NCBI GenBank assembly: GCA_019358915.1
Contig: JAHHIM010000011.1
Span: 68,802-132,801, forward strand
Reading direction: 5' to 3'
From: Trichormus sp. ATA11-4-KO1
GTDB lineage: Bacteria > Cyanobacteriota > Cyanobacteriia > Cyanobacteriales > Nostocaceae
Length of the DNA: 64,000 bases
In this document: piece by piece, positions 39,704 through 50,517 of the stretch
Position numbering within the stretch: position 1 is the first letter of the stretch
Layout: each line of letters opens with the position of its first letter
Notes under the pieces: generated by a model
Told to the model about the DNA's origin: nothing
The model's database searches: none
The model's input: only the letters and a program-made list of their open reading frames with translations
Program-made: the position numbers and the translations under genes

Positions 39704-40291
39704 TCCCTGAAGGGTAACTTGCTAGTAGTTGTCCTGACTTAGCACATCATGGGAATTGATTTTTAGCAAGGTTGCGTTAGAATCAGATGAAGAGAAATTT
39801 TCTGGCGCTGCATTGAATGGACTGGTTCACTACCCTGGTATTCAGGGAGCGAAAGCAAAGGCTTGTGCTGAGCTTGTCGAAGTATATTTAGAGTGCAACT
39901 TCTAGGATTGATTGTATCCCAGATAAGCTGAGGCAGATTTAAAGAACTCACTCTCTCTATAGCTACCTTGTGAACTAGTAACTTAAAAACAGGCTCCGTC
40001 GGCTTCTCGAACTCTATGCTTTTTAAAACAACTGCTGAATGCCTAATCCCTAAGTGGTGATGGTATCGCATCAAAAATCAACCACGGACGGTTGATTTAT
40101 TTGCTTAAACAATATGCAGCCGTTCTGGAATAATCAGGCGTATAAACGCAATTTCTTAGTCAATAGCTCTTTAACTTTGAGCTTAGATTCACAATTTTTA
40201 TTATCAGCAGCGCTTTGTAGAGCTGGCAGAGGCGAGAGGGATAACAAACCTCCAAAGCTACATCGGTGCTGCCAATTTTTGAGGAAATTGA

Positions 40292-42367
40292 ATGCCAAAA
40301 CAAATTATTATCGCGGAACAGCATCAAATTGCTGCTGTCTTTTCTGAAGATCAAATACAAGAACTCGTTGTAGCTACAGGTCATCATCAAATAGGTGATA
40401 TCTATTTAGGTGTAGTAGAAAACGTATTACCTGGGATAGATGCAGCTTTTGTCAATATTGGTGATCCAGAGCGCAACGGCTTTATTCATGTAACTGACTT
40501 AGGTCCACTAAGGCTAAAGCGCACAGCAGCAGCAATTACAGAATTATTAGCACCACAACAAAAAGTGTTGGTGCAAGTGATGAAGGAGCCAACAGGGACA
40601 AAAGGCCCAAGGCTCACAGGTAACATTACCTCGCCCGGACGCTATGTAGTACTGATGCCCTATGGTAGGGGTGTAAATTTATCCCGGCGGATTAAAAGTG
40701 AAAGTGAGCGCAACCGCTTACGGGCACTAGCGATTTTGATTAAACCGGCGGGAATGGGTTTGCTGGTACGTACCGAAGCCGAAGGCAAACCAGAAGAAGC
40801 GATTATGGAAGATTTGGAACTATTGCAAAAGCAATGGGAAGCCATTCAGCAGGAAGCGCACTCTACCCGTGCCCCAGCGTTACTGAATCGAGACGATGAC
40901 TTTATCCAGCGTGTACTGCGGGATATGTACGGCGCGGATGTGAATCGGATTGTGGTAGATTCCAGTACTGGTTTGAAGCGAGTTAAGCAGTATTTACAGA
41001 ACTGGAGTGGAGGTCAAACACCACAGGGATTGTTAATTGACCATCATCGCGATCGCTCGCCGATTTTGGAGTATTTCCGCATCAGCGCGGCAATTCGAGA
41101 AGCGCTCAAACCCAGAGTAGACCTACCGTCTGGAGGCTACATTATTATTGAGCCAACTGAGGCCTTGACAGTAGTCGATGTTAACTCCGGTTCCTTCACG
41201 CGATCGGCAACAGCCAGAGAAACAGTTTTGTGGACAAACTGCGAAGCCGCAACAGAAATCGCCCGCCAGCTGCGTCTGCGGAATATTGCCGGAGTAATTG
41301 TCGTTGACTTCATTGATATGGAATCACGGCGTGACCAATTGCAAGTCCTAGAACACTTTAACAAAGCACTAAAAGCTGACAAAGCTCGTCCCCAGATTGC
41401 GCAATTAACTGAGTTAGGTTTGGTAGAACTTACCCGCAAGCGCCAAGGTCAAAACATTTACGAATTGTTTGGTGACACTTGCCCAACCTGTGGTGGTTTA
41501 GGACATGTAGTACGTCTGCCTGGAGAAACAGAAACTCGACTGCCAACAACAGCAGAAATACCAGAGCGTTTTGTATCCCTGCCTCATAAGGAGCCACGTC
41601 TGCCAGCTGCTCGCCTCACAGAACCACGGGAAACATACGATGCCTTTGGAGAAGGATTCGATACCGACTCTGAATTGGGCGCATTGAATTTAATTAATCA
41701 TCCCAGCTATCAGGAACTTGGTGATAACAACAAGCGCCGGACTCGTAACCGACGTACTCGCATTAGCATCAATGGAGCGAATGGCAAAGATGAAGGCCGG
41801 GTTAATTCTCATCCACTAGGGTTTGACAACGAGCCAGACTTAGACTTGGATGCTGAAACAGAACTAAACACAGCACCAGAAATACCCTCACCTAATCTGG
41901 GTAAATCAGGTTGGACTGAAAGGGTAGAGCGGAGCAAAGTTACCAAAGTCGAGCCAGTTAAACCAGTGGTAGAACCACCGGAAATCAGAACAGTAGAAAT
42001 GACACTAGAGGAACAGGATGTTTTCGCCTTAATGGGAGTGTCTCCTTTAGTAAAGTTGGAGCAAGAAGTTAAAAATCCTAAGTCTGTAATTATTAACATA
42101 ATTCAGCCTGGACAACTAGGAACAACAACAACTGAATCAACTGCCAACGAAACAGCCAACCAAGAAGTCAATACCCCACAAATCGAGCCTGAACAAAAAC
42201 CCCTACTAAAAGCTACAACTGAGTCAACAACTTTTGCCGCGAATTCTGCGGTAAACTTCGCCAATGCGGAGGAAAGTGAAGCGAATAACATCTCTACCGG
42301 CAACCGCCGTCGCCGCCGTCGTTCTTCGGCAGTAGAATCAGACACATCCACCGCCGAGGATAACTAA
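40292..42367 (+). CDS. rne: Ribonuclease E
   Basis: S1 domain, VDVNSG, IVVDFIDM, CPTCGG zinc link, C-terminal RRRRRRSSA. Confidence 0.96.
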   Translation: MPKQIIIAEQHQIAAVFSEDQIQELVVATGHHQIGDIYLGVVENVLPGIDAAFVNIGDPERNGFIHVTDLGPLRLKRTAAAITELLAPQQKVLVQVMKEPTGTKGPRLTGNITSPGRYVVLMPYGRGVNLSRRIKSESERNRLRALAILIKPAGMGLLVRTEAEGKPEEAIMEDLELLQKQWEAIQQEAHSTRAPALLNRDDDFIQRVLRDMYGADVNRIVVDSSTGLKRVKQYLQNWSGGQTPQGLLIDHHRDRSPILEYFRISAAIREALKPRVDLPSGGYIIIEPTEALTVVDVNSGSFTRSATARETVLWTNCEAATEIARQLRLRNIAGVIVVDFIDMESRRDQLQVLEHFNKALKADKARPQIAQLTELGLVELTRKRQGQNIYELFGDTCPTCGGLGHVVRLPGETETRLPTTAEIPERFVSLPHKEPRLPAARLTEPRETYDAFGEGFDTDSELGALNLINHPSYQELGDNNKRRTRNRRTRISINGANGKDEGRVNSHPLGFDNEPDLDLDAETELNTAPEIPSPNLGKSGWTERVERSKVTKVEPVKPVVEPPEIRTVEMTLEEQDVFALMGVSPLVKLEQEVKNPKSVIINIIQPGQLGTTTTESTANETANQEVNTPQIEPEQKPLLKATTESTTFAANSAVNFANAEESEANNISTGNRRRRRRSSAVESDTSTAEDN

Positions 42368-42375
42368 ATTGTTTT

Positions 42376-43035
42376 ATGGTAAAAACAGAGCAAACTACCC
42401 CTGCTTTTTGTTCGCCATATCTGAGTTGGCTGGAGTTGTCTGCCACTTTATCCGGTATTCCTGGGTTGGTTGCGGGTATTGATGAAGTCGGGCGAGGAGC
42501 TTTGTTTGGTCCTGTCGTCGCAGCAGCAGTGATACTACCAGCTGATGCTTTACCAAAACTGATAGCATCTGGCATTAAAGACAGTAAAAAGCTGTCTAGT
42601 TCTCGGAGAACTCAGCTAGCACAGCAAATTTATAGGCTGGCCACAGACTGGAAAATCGGTTTTGCGTCAACTGCTGAAATCGATCAAATAAATATTTTGC
42701 AGGCAACATTGTTAGCCATGAGGCGGGCTGTACTTAAACTGAAGGTACAGCCTAAAATCTGCTTAGTTGATGGTAATCAGCCGATCAAAGACTTACTCAT
42801 GCCACAACAAACAATAGTTAAGGGAGACGCGCGATCGCTCAACATTGCAGCTGCTAGTATTGTGGCTAAAGTTTGGCGCGACGAATTAGTCACGCGTCTA
42901 GCATCAAAGTATCCCCCTTATCATTTGGAGCATAACAAGGGTTATGGCAGCCAAAATCACTTAGTGGCGCTACAACAACACGGGCCGTCTCGTCTGCATC
43001 GTCAGTCCTTTCGTCCTTGCCAAATTCAGCGCTAA
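42376..43035 (+). CDS. rnhB: Ribonuclease HII
   Basis: GIDEVGRG, DSKKL, LVDG, IAAASIVAKV. Confidence 0.95.
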   Translation: MVKTEQTTPAFCSPYLSWLELSATLSGIPGLVAGIDEVGRGALFGPVVAAAVILPADALPKLIASGIKDSKKLSSSRRTQLAQQIYRLATDWKIGFASTAEIDQINILQATLLAMRRAVLKLKVQPKICLVDGNQPIKDLLMPQQTIVKGDARSLNIAAASIVAKVWRDELVTRLASKYPPYHLEHNKGYGSQNHLVALQQHGPSRLHRQSFRPCQIQR

Positions 43036-43144
43036 ATCTGAGATGCTAGTCTGCTAGAGAAGACAGTGCCTGCCTTTGTTTGCATACTGACTTGTAGTCT
43101 ATTGCAAGGTAGTAAAATATTGCTAATTACTGAGATAGTAAAAA

Positions 43145-43732
43145 TTATTCTATACTCAAAATTGGCAATTCTGCACTGTCATCACCTAGCGCTTTTTCTT
43201 GCATTTGCGATATTACCCAGCGACGATAATCAGCTAAAAGTTGATGTAGCAAACGTTGTTTAACTGTCAATAGCACACTTTTGAGCAACCCATTGCCAGT
43301 AGCTTCTAAAATTGGCTTGGGGGTGAAAGAAAATGGTGGTGGTAGGTCTACTTGAACTTCTAAATCGGCTCTTCCTTGCAGGCGAGTACCACTGCTTAAT
43401 TGGTAGGGAGACAAATGCCCTTGTAAATTGAGAGCGAAACGCTGGTTAATATATTCAAAACCAAGGATTTCACAACCTACTGATCGCAAATTAATGATTC
43501 CATTCGCTTCTGCCCAGACTCTCATGTCTACAGTGGGTTGAATACTCAGTGACATAAAAGCTAAAGGACGCATTTTCAGGCGAAATACTTCCTCAGAAAG
43601 TTGATGAATGCGGCTATTATCAACCAAAGCATTTACTAAACGTTGGGGCTGACGTAAGTAGTGCTGAATAGGAATAGGCTGCTGGGGAACATTAATTTTC
43701 ACCGATTGGGAGGCAGTAAACTTGGTAGCCAT
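43145..43732 (-). CDS. DUF1997 domain protein
   Basis: IQHYLRQPQRLV, FRLKMRPL, LEATGNGLL. Confidence 0.8.
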   Translation of the reverse strand: MATKFTASQSVKINVPQQPIPIQHYLRQPQRLVNALVDNSRIHQLSEEVFRLKMRPLAFMSLSIQPTVDMRVWAEANGIINLRSVGCEILGFEYINQRFALNLQGHLSPYQLSSGTRLQGRADLEVQVDLPPPFSFTPKPILEATGNGLLKSVLLTVKQRLLHQLLADYRRWVISQMQEKALGDDSAELPILSIE

Positions 43733-43830
43733 GAATTAAAGGCAATAATTGTTTGATACTTACTTCTATTATTAATTAATTTATTATCTTTATCGTCTTG
43801 TTGAGGAATGATTCGGCTGAAGGTGACAGG

Positions 43831-43881
43831 CTTCGGCGTGAGCGTCAGCGTTCGACTGAGCGCTCACGCCGAAGTCCGAAC
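43831..43881. mobile_element. Nested, inverted SDR pair inside a GGTGACA STRR
   Basis: cttcggcgtgagcgtcagc[gttcgactgagcgctcacgccgaagtc]cgaac, flanked by ggtgacagg on both sides. Confidence 0.7.
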
Positions 43882-44042
43882 GGTGACAGGGAAGAGAAAG
43901 GCTCTATGTGTTTCTTTCACTCGTAGCGGGTGGCGCGCCGTCTGTTCGGTTGCTCCAAAGAAACACTTACTCAAATTAATAAACATTTGGTTAGCCGCCG
44001 ATATTGTCTATATATTTAACAGATAACCAAGAGTTAAGTACT

Positions 44043-44912
44043 ATGACTATATCCATTGCCCATTTAGGACCTCCTGGCACTTATGCAGAACAAGCAACTG
44101 TTTTTTATGCCAACTGGCTAGCCGAAAAAACAGGAATTGCCGCTATCTTATATCCTTATCCCAGCATTGCCCAGTCACTTCAAGCCGTTGCTAGTGGACA
44201 AACTAATTTTGCTGTTGTGCCCGTAGAAAATTCTATTGAAGGCAGTGTAACTATGACAATGGATACGCTGTGGCGACTGGATAGTTTGCAAATTCAGTTG
44301 GCTTTAGTCATGCCGATCGCCCATGCCTTAATGTCCTGTGCCACCAGTTTAGATCACATTAAAACTGTTTATTCTCACCCGCAAGCTTTGGCGCAATGTC
44401 AAGGGTGGTTGGGGAAATTTTTGCCAACTGTGCAGCTGATACCGAGTAATTCTACAACTGAGGCATTACAGCAACTAGAGCATGATTTAACAATAGCAGC
44501 GATCGCATCTAGCAGGGCAGCTCAACTCTACAATTTACCTATACTTGCCAGTAACATTAACGACTATCCAGAAAACTGTACTCGCTTTTGGGTGGTAAGT
44601 CAAAGTCAATTCAAGGCTATTGAGCAACAATCTTCTACAAGTGCTAGTCACACCTCGCTAGCTTTCAGCGTGCCTGCTAATTTACCAGGAGCGCTGCTCA
44701 AACCATTACAAGTATTTGCTCAACTAGGGATTAACCTGAGTCGGATTGAATCTCGCCCAACCAAGCGATCACTAGGAGAATACTTGTTTTTTGTTGATCT
44801 AGAAGCCGATGTCAACCAAATACAAATGCAATCAGCTTTAGCGCAATTGAGTATGCACACAGAAATTGTCAAAATTTTTGGCAGTTATCATATTTTACCC
44901 GTAAGCATTTAA
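44043..44912 (+). CDS. pheA: Prephenate dehydratase
   Basis: HLGPPGTY, VPVENSIEG, SHPQALAQC, TRF, IESRP; ATG at 44043. Confidence 0.95.
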   Translation: MTISIAHLGPPGTYAEQATVFYANWLAEKTGIAAILYPYPSIAQSLQAVASGQTNFAVVPVENSIEGSVTMTMDTLWRLDSLQIQLALVMPIAHALMSCATSLDHIKTVYSHPQALAQCQGWLGKFLPTVQLIPSNSTTEALQQLEHDLTIAAIASSRAAQLYNLPILASNINDYPENCTRFWVVSQSQFKAIEQQSSTSASHTSLAFSVPANLPGALLKPLQVFAQLGINLSRIESRPTKRSLGEYLFFVDLEADVNQIQMQSALAQLSMHTEIVKIFGSYHILPVSI

Positions 44913-44937
44913 ACTTAACCCGTAATTACGAATTACG

Positions 44938-44966
44938 TAAAGTCCTTGCGGGTATAGCTGCGCTTA
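44938..44966. mobile_element. SDR mini-element; second copy at 50667-50693
   Basis: taaagtccttgcgggtatagctgcgctt versus taaagctctgcgggcatagctgcgctt. Confidence 0.65.
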
Positions 44967-44991
44967 CGGTGCAGCCTGCCTTGGGCTGTTA

Positions 44992-45639
44992 TTACGCATT
45001 ATTAAAAGTGTCTTTGAGCACAGCACGGGCTGCCAAATGATTACGAGTAGAAGTTAAGATTTCTGCTTCTCTTTCCAGGCGAGCAACAGTATCCTGTGTT
45101 TCTAGTAATGCTTGCTGCTCTGTGGCTACACCGTAGAGGTTGCTTGCTACCCAATAAGATAACTCTGTTGGCAAATCGGGTAATTCTTCTGGAAGTTCCA
45201 TGTTTTGTTCAGTTAACTTAGCTGAAAGACGTACCACATCTCGCAGCAGTTGTTCTACCTCAGTAGCCAAAGGACGCAAATCTTTAGCTGGTGGCTGGTC
45301 TTCTAGCCACTCCACTAAACCAACACGGTAGGGCTTTTCACGTACATACTCTAAGACACGAAACCTTTGCTGTCCCAGCGTCAACATCTTCATGCGGTCA
45401 TCTGGCAGGCGTTGGTAATGAATGATTTCTGCACAGCAACCAACGTTGGCAATTGTGCCTTCAACTGGATCAACCATTAACACCCCGAACCTGCGATCGC
45501 TTGACAAAATCGTGTTCATCATGATTCGGTAGCGAAATTCAAAGATGTGTAGGGGTAATGGTCTAGTAGGAAACAGAACTACTTCAGGTAACGGGAACAG
45601 AGGTAGTTCGCGGACGGCAATTTTAGAAGAGGATGTCAT
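44992..45639 (-). CDS. Lon N-terminal substrate-binding domain protein
   Basis: LPLFPL..VLFP..PLPLHIFEFRY, GQQRF; no ATPase or protease domain. Confidence 0.88.
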   Translation of the reverse strand: MTSSSKIAVRELPLFPLPEVVLFPTRPLPLHIFEFRYRIMMNTILSSDRRFGVLMVDPVEGTIANVGCCAEIIHYQRLPDDRMKMLTLGQQRFRVLEYVREKPYRVGLVEWLEDQPPAKDLRPLATEVEQLLRDVVRLSAKLTEQNMELPEELPDLPTELSYWVASNLYGVATEQQALLETQDTVARLEREAEILTSTRNHLAARAVLKDTFNNA

Positions 45640-45730
45640 TGTTACCTTGGTATAAATTTAATTTTAAAATCTATTCTTCTCTGCTTTTCCCGTACTTTGT
45701 CTACATTCTATCATTTGTTTCTCAGCCAAT

Positions 45731-45761
45731 AAAAAGCCCTGAGATAAATTTCTTGAGGGCT
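45731..45761 (-). terminator. Probable terminator of the str/S10 operon
   Basis: agccct...agggct stem; aaaaa on the + strand gives a U-tail on the - strand. Confidence 0.55.
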
Positions 45762-45870
45762 GGGTAAATATTCATAAGCAATGAATTTGAATTTTCATCT
45801 GTCAGTAGTCAATTGCAAAAAAGCAATTAACTACTGACTACTGAGTGTTGATTAATGACTAATCACTAAA

Positions 45871-46188
45871 TTACAGTTTGACTTCAATATCTACACCAGA
45901 GGGTAAATCCAGTTTCATCAAGGCATCAATAGTTTTAGAAGAAGGCTGGTAAATGTCAATAATCCGACGATGGGTACGGGTTTCAAAGTGTTCCCGCGAA
46001 TCTTTATCTACGTGAGGCGATCGCAGTACACAGTAAATTTTGCGTTTTGTCGGTAAGGGAATCGGGCCTATAGCTGTAGCGTTAGTCCGGTTAGCCGTGT
46101 CTACAATCTTCTCGCAAGATGTATCTAATAAACGGCGGTCAAAGGCCTGTAAACGAATTCTAATTTTCTGCTGCTGTAGAGTTGCCAT
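45871..46188 (-). CDS. rpsJ: 30S ribosomal protein S10
   Basis: [31 protein letters not shown]. Confidence 0.98.
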   Translation of the reverse strand: MATLQQQKIRIRLQAFDRRLLDTSCEKIVDTANRTNATAIGPIPLPTKRKIYCVLRSPHVDKDSREHFETRTHRRIIDIYQPSSKTIDALMKLDLPSGVDIEVKL

Positions 46189-46225
46189 CTTTAATTTTCT
46201 TGGTTCTGATTAATTAGGGGAGTAG

Positions 46226-46288
46226 GTAGGGGCGGGTTTAAGCAGTGAATCTGCGGGTAGAAACAATTCTTGATTAACCCGCCCGTAC
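46226..46288. repeat. GTAG-type REP/MITE-like inverted repeat
   Basis: gtaggggcgggtt ... aacccgcccgtac, embedded in a GGGAGT(A/G) STRR tract. Confidence 0.7.
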
Positions 46289-46575
46289 AGGAGTGGGGAG
46301 TTGGGAGTTAAAATCTGAGTTTTATACCAATTCTCTAAAATCCGGTAACAAATTTCAACCTGGAGATTCAGAATATATCTAAACTTGCTTCATCACAAAT
46401 TAGTATCGCTAAAGCGAAAGCTAACACGTAGTGTGCCTTGGGCTGCTATTACGAATTATGAATTGGTATTACCCTATTTCTTATTTCCCACTCTTTTTCA
46501 TACAGGGAAGACAAAGGAGCAGAGAAAGAAGAACTCTATAATCTCTACTCCTCTTGTATAGAACAAAAAGTAGTG

Positions 46576-47805
46576 CTATTTGAGGATTTTGGAGACGACA
46601 CCAGCACCGATGGTGCGACCACCTTCACGAATTGCGAAGCGCATTCCTTGCTCAATCGCGATCGCGTTGATCAGTTCTACTGTCATTTTGATGCGATCGC
46701 CTGGCATTACCATTTCTGCATCGCTGCCATCGTCGGAGGTGAAGGCTTTGATGGTGCCAGTTACATCGGTTGTTCGCACGTAGAACTGAGGACGATAGCC
46801 AGCAAAAAATGGGGTTTTCCGACCACCTTCTTTTTCAGTCAGGACGTACACTTCACCTTCAAATTGAGTGTGAGGCGTAATCGAACCTGGTTTGGCTAGC
46901 ACCATACCGCGTTCAATATCGGTTTTTTGGATACCCCGCAATAGTACACCGGCATTATCTCCAGCCATACCTTCGTCGAGACTCTTCTTGAACATCTCAA
47001 TCCCGGTAACGGTGGTGTTGCGGGTGTCTCTAATGCCCACCAGTTCGACGTTATCACCGACTTTGACTTTACCGCGCTCAATCCGACCAGTGGCAACTGT
47101 ACCACGGCCTGTGATAGAGAATACATCTTCTACAGCCATCAAGAAGGGCTTATCCACAGCGCGATCGGGAGTGGGAATGTAGGAATCTACAGCATCCATG
47201 AGGTCGTAGATCTTATCGACCCACTTATCTTCACCCCGCGCTGTTTTGGGGTTAGCTGTCATCTTTTCTAAAGCCTGAAGACCAGAGCCTGTGACGATGG
47301 GAATGTCATCTCCAGGAAAATCGTAGCTAGATAGTAACTCCCTAACTTCTAGTTCTACCAATTCCAGCAGTTCTGCATCATCCACCATATCTTCTTTATT
47401 CAAGAAAACCACCAGACTAGGTACACCTACCTGCTTTGCTAGCAGGATGTGTTCACGGGTTTGGGGCATAGGACCATCAGCTGCTGAAACTACGAGAATT
47501 GCACCATCCATTTGGGCAGCACCCGTAATCATGTTCTTTACGTAGTCAGCGTGTCCAGGGCAATCTACGTGAGCATAGTGACGATTGGTGGTTTCATACT
47601 CAACGTGAGCCGTGTTGATGGTGATTCCCCGCGCCTTTTCTTCTGGTGCGTTATCAATTTGATCATAGCCCTTAGCTATAGCCTGACCAAGAGCTGATAA
47701 AGTCATGGTGATGGCTGCTGTCAACGTGGTTTTCCCGTGGTCAACGTGGCCAATAGTACCGATATTAACGTGTGGTTTAGTCCTTTCAAACTTTGCGCGT
47801 GCCAT
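46576..47805 (-). CDS. tuf: Elongation factor Tu
   Basis: [21 protein letters not shown]. Confidence 0.99.
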   Translation of the reverse strand: MARAKFERTKPHVNIGTIGHVDHGKTTLTAAITMTLSALGQAIAKGYDQIDNAPEEKARGITINTAHVEYETTNRHYAHVDCPGHADYVKNMITGAAQMDGAILVVSAADGPMPQTREHILLAKQVGVPSLVVFLNKEDMVDDAELLELVELEVRELLSSYDFPGDDIPIVTGSGLQALEKMTANPKTARGEDKWVDKIYDLMDAVDSYIPTPDRAVDKPFLMAVEDVFSITGRGTVATGRIERGKVKVGDNVELVGIRDTRNTTVTGIEMFKKSLDEGMAGDNAGVLLRGIQKTDIERGMVLAKPGSITPHTQFEGEVYVLTEKEGGRKTPFFAGYRPQFYVRTTDVTGTIKAFTSDDGSDAEMVMPGDRIKMTVELINAIAIEQGMRFAIREGGRTIGAGVVSKILK

Positions 47806-47827
47806 GAATGCTCGTTTCCTTTTTTAA

Positions 47828-49906
47828 TTAAGCGTTCCCTTTGCTTTTAGCTATGATTGCCTCAGCCACGTTGCGAGGTACTTCTTCGTAGTGGCTAAAC
47901 TCCATTGAGAAGATGCCCCGACCTTGGGTTTTTGACCGGATATCGGTAGCGTAGCCAAACATTTCTGCCAATGGAACTTTAGCAGTCACTTTGGCAAGTC
48001 CATCGTCAGATCCCATACCCTCAATTTGTCCACGACGGGAATTAAGGTCGCCCATCACATCCCCAAGGAAGTTTTCGGGAACTTCAACCTCAACTTTCAT
48101 CATAGGCTCTAAGAGTACGGGTGATGCTTTCATCACTGCTTCTTTCATTGCCATTGAACCAGCAATTTTGAAAGCCATTTCTGAAGAGTCTACATCGTGG
48201 TATGACCCATCAATCAAAGTTGCTTTGACGTCAATTAATGGATATCCAGCTAAAACCCCGGATTCGCAGCTTTCTTTCATTCCTTGTTCTGCAGGGCCAA
48301 TGTACTCTTTGGGTACAGAACCACCAACAATCTTAGAAACAAATTCAAAGCCTGTACCGGGTTCACCTGGTTCTAAATCGATCACAACGTGACCGTATTG
48401 ACCTTTACCACCACTTTGACGGATGAATTTACCTTCGATTTTGGAGACTTGTTTACGAATCGTTTCGCGGTAAGCTACCTGCGGCGCACCGACATTAGCT
48501 TCCACTTTGAATTCGCGTAACATCCGGTCTACCAGAATTTCCAAGTGTAGCTCTCCCATCCCTGCAATCACCGTTTGATTCGTTTCCGGATCAACATGGA
48601 CGCGGAAGGTTGGGTCTTCTTCTGAGAGTGATTGCAGAGCTTTGGACAGCTTGTCCATGTCATTTTTAGTTTTGGGTTCAACCGCCACCGAAATTACAGG
48701 CTCAGGAATGAACAGGGATTCCAGAATTACTGGCGATCCTTCATCAGTGATCGTGTCACCTGTTAGGGTGTCTTTCAATCCTAATGCTGCTCCTAAGTCT
48801 CCCGCCCGCATTTCATCGACATCAAGTCGTTCATCTGCTTTCAAAATCACCAGACGAGAAATCCGTTCTTTCTTGTTCTTGGTAGCGTTGAGGACATAGC
48901 TACCCTTTTTCAGCACACCAGAATAAACGCGAACGAAGGTTAGACGACCATAAGGGTCAGCCATAATCTTGAATGCCAGCGCTGATAGAGGTTCGTTATC
49001 ATCAGCCCGACGTTCCACAGTTTCGCCATTCGGCAGTATGCCTTGAATTGGTGGCACTTCAGTTGGTGCTGGCAAGTAATCTACAACTGCATCCAGCATC
49101 AACTGCACGCCTTTGTTTTTGAATGCCGAGCCACAAAGCACTGGTACAATTGTTCCTGCCGTTGTACCTTTACGCAGCGCAGTACGGATTTCGTCTTCTG
49201 TAAGTTCTTCTCCCTCGAAGTACTTATTCATTAGAGCGTCATCTGTTTCTGCGACAGCTTCTACTAGCTTGGTGCGGTATTCTTCTGCTTTCTCCTGTAT
49301 TTCTGCGGGGATATCTGTTTCCTCGATATCAGTTCCCTGGTCATTGTTGTAAATATAGGCACGTTTCCGTACCAGATCAACGATTCCTTGGAACTCAGTT
49401 TCACTACCAATTGGCAATTGAATAGCAATGGCATTAGCCCGCAGGCGATCGCGCATTTGCTCGTGAACTCGATAAAAGTTCGCCCCGGTACGATCCATTT
49501 TGTTAATGAAGGCGATTCGAGGCACTCTGTAGCGGTCTGCTTGTCGCCATACTGTCTCAGACTGCGGTTGCACGCCACCTACAGAACAAAATACTGCAAT
49601 TACACCATCTAACACGCGCATGGAGCGTTCAACTTCAATTGTGAAGTCAACGTGACCTGGAGTATCGATAATGTTAATTTGATGATCTTTCCAACTGGTA
49701 CTGATAGCAGCCGCAGTGATGGTAATTCCCCGCTCACGCTCCTGTTCCATCCAGTCGGTGACGGCAGTTCCTTCATGAACTTCGCCAATTTTATGAATTA
49801 TGCCAGAGTAAAACAATATTCTCTCGGTTGTCGTTGTCTTGCCCGCATCTATATGCGCCGCAATACCGATATTGCGTACTCTCTCTAGCGGGATCGTACG
49901 TGCCAC
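47828..49906 (-). CDS. fusA: Elongation factor G
   Basis: [28 protein letters not shown]. Confidence 0.99.
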   Translation of the reverse strand: MARTIPLERVRNIGIAAHIDAGKTTTTERILFYSGIIHKIGEVHEGTAVTDWMEQERERGITITAAAISTSWKDHQINIIDTPGHVDFTIEVERSMRVLDGVIAVFCSVGGVQPQSETVWRQADRYRVPRIAFINKMDRTGANFYRVHEQMRDRLRANAIAIQLPIGSETEFQGIVDLVRKRAYIYNNDQGTDIEETDIPAEIQEKAEEYRTKLVEAVAETDDALMNKYFEGEELTEDEIRTALRKGTTAGTIVPVLCGSAFKNKGVQLMLDAVVDYLPAPTEVPPIQGILPNGETVERRADDNEPLSALAFKIMADPYGRLTFVRVYSGVLKKGSYVLNATKNKKERISRLVILKADERLDVDEMRAGDLGAALGLKDTLTGDTITDEGSPVILESLFIPEPVISVAVEPKTKNDMDKLSKALQSLSEEDPTFRVHVDPETNQTVIAGMGELHLEILVDRMLREFKVEANVGAPQVAYRETIRKQVSKIEGKFIRQSGGKGQYGHVVIDLEPGEPGTGFEFVSKIVGGSVPKEYIGPAEQGMKESCESGVLAGYPLIDVKATLIDGSYHDVDSSEMAFKIAGSMAMKEAVMKASPVLLEPMMKVEVEVPENFLGDVMGDLNSRRGQIEGMGSDDGLAKVTAKVPLAEMFGYATDIRSKTQGRGIFSMEFSHYEEVPRNVAEAIIAKSKGNA

Positions 49907-50046
49907 AATAGCCTCCTATAATTTTTGCCTCATGATATCTTGTATATTACTCTTTGTTAAGATTCTATACTCTTACGGAAAACCGTCTTTGCTTTTTTGA
50001 TTACGCGATATATCGCTTTTATCTTCACGATATACCGCTGCTTTAG

Positions 50047-50517
50047 TTAGTAACGATAGTGGGCAAAAGCTTTATTTGCTTCCGCCATCCGGTGTGTTTC
50101 TTCCCGCTTACGAATTGCATTCCCAGTTTCGTTGGCAGCATCCATTAATTCATTAGCCAATTTACTGGCCATTGTGCGACCAGGACGAGACCTGGAAAAT
50201 TGTACTAACCAGCGTAAAGCTAAGGTAGTACCACGCTCAGAGCGGACTTCCATCGGTACTTGGTAGGTTGCTCCACCAACTCGCCGAGCTTTGACTTCTA
50301 CCAAAGGTGTTGCGTTTCGCACTGCTCTTTCAAAGGTTTCTAAAGGAGCAGCACCAGTGCGTTCTTCAATAGTTTTCAAGGCATCATAAACTAGCCGTGC
50401 GGCCAGTGATTTTTTCCCATGACGCATCACCCGCCGGATTATCATGCTTACAAGGCGACTGTTATATACGGAATCAGGCGGAACTGGACGCCTTTGAATA
50501 ACACCACGACGAGACAT
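50047..50517 (-). CDS. rpsG: 30S ribosomal protein S7
   Basis: [24 protein letters not shown]. Confidence 0.99.
   Translation of the reverse strand: MSRRGVIQRRPVPPDSVYNSRLVSMIIRRVMRHGKKSLAARLVYDALKTIEERTGAAPLETFERAVRNATPLVEVKARRVGGATYQVPMEVRSERGTTLALRWLVQFSRSRPGRTMASKLANELMDAANETGNAIRKREETHRMAEANKAFAHYRY

Noticed and set aside
42305..42331. Arg-rich repeat RRRRRRSSA in RNase E
   Set aside because: Known conserved PNPase-binding motif of cyanobacterial RNase E; not novel
46573..46899. Antisense ORFs over tuf and fusA, and similar shadow ORFs over mraY, glpX, rne and glsF
   Set aside because: They overlap conserved genes on the opposite strand, show no motifs, and are expected from codon bias
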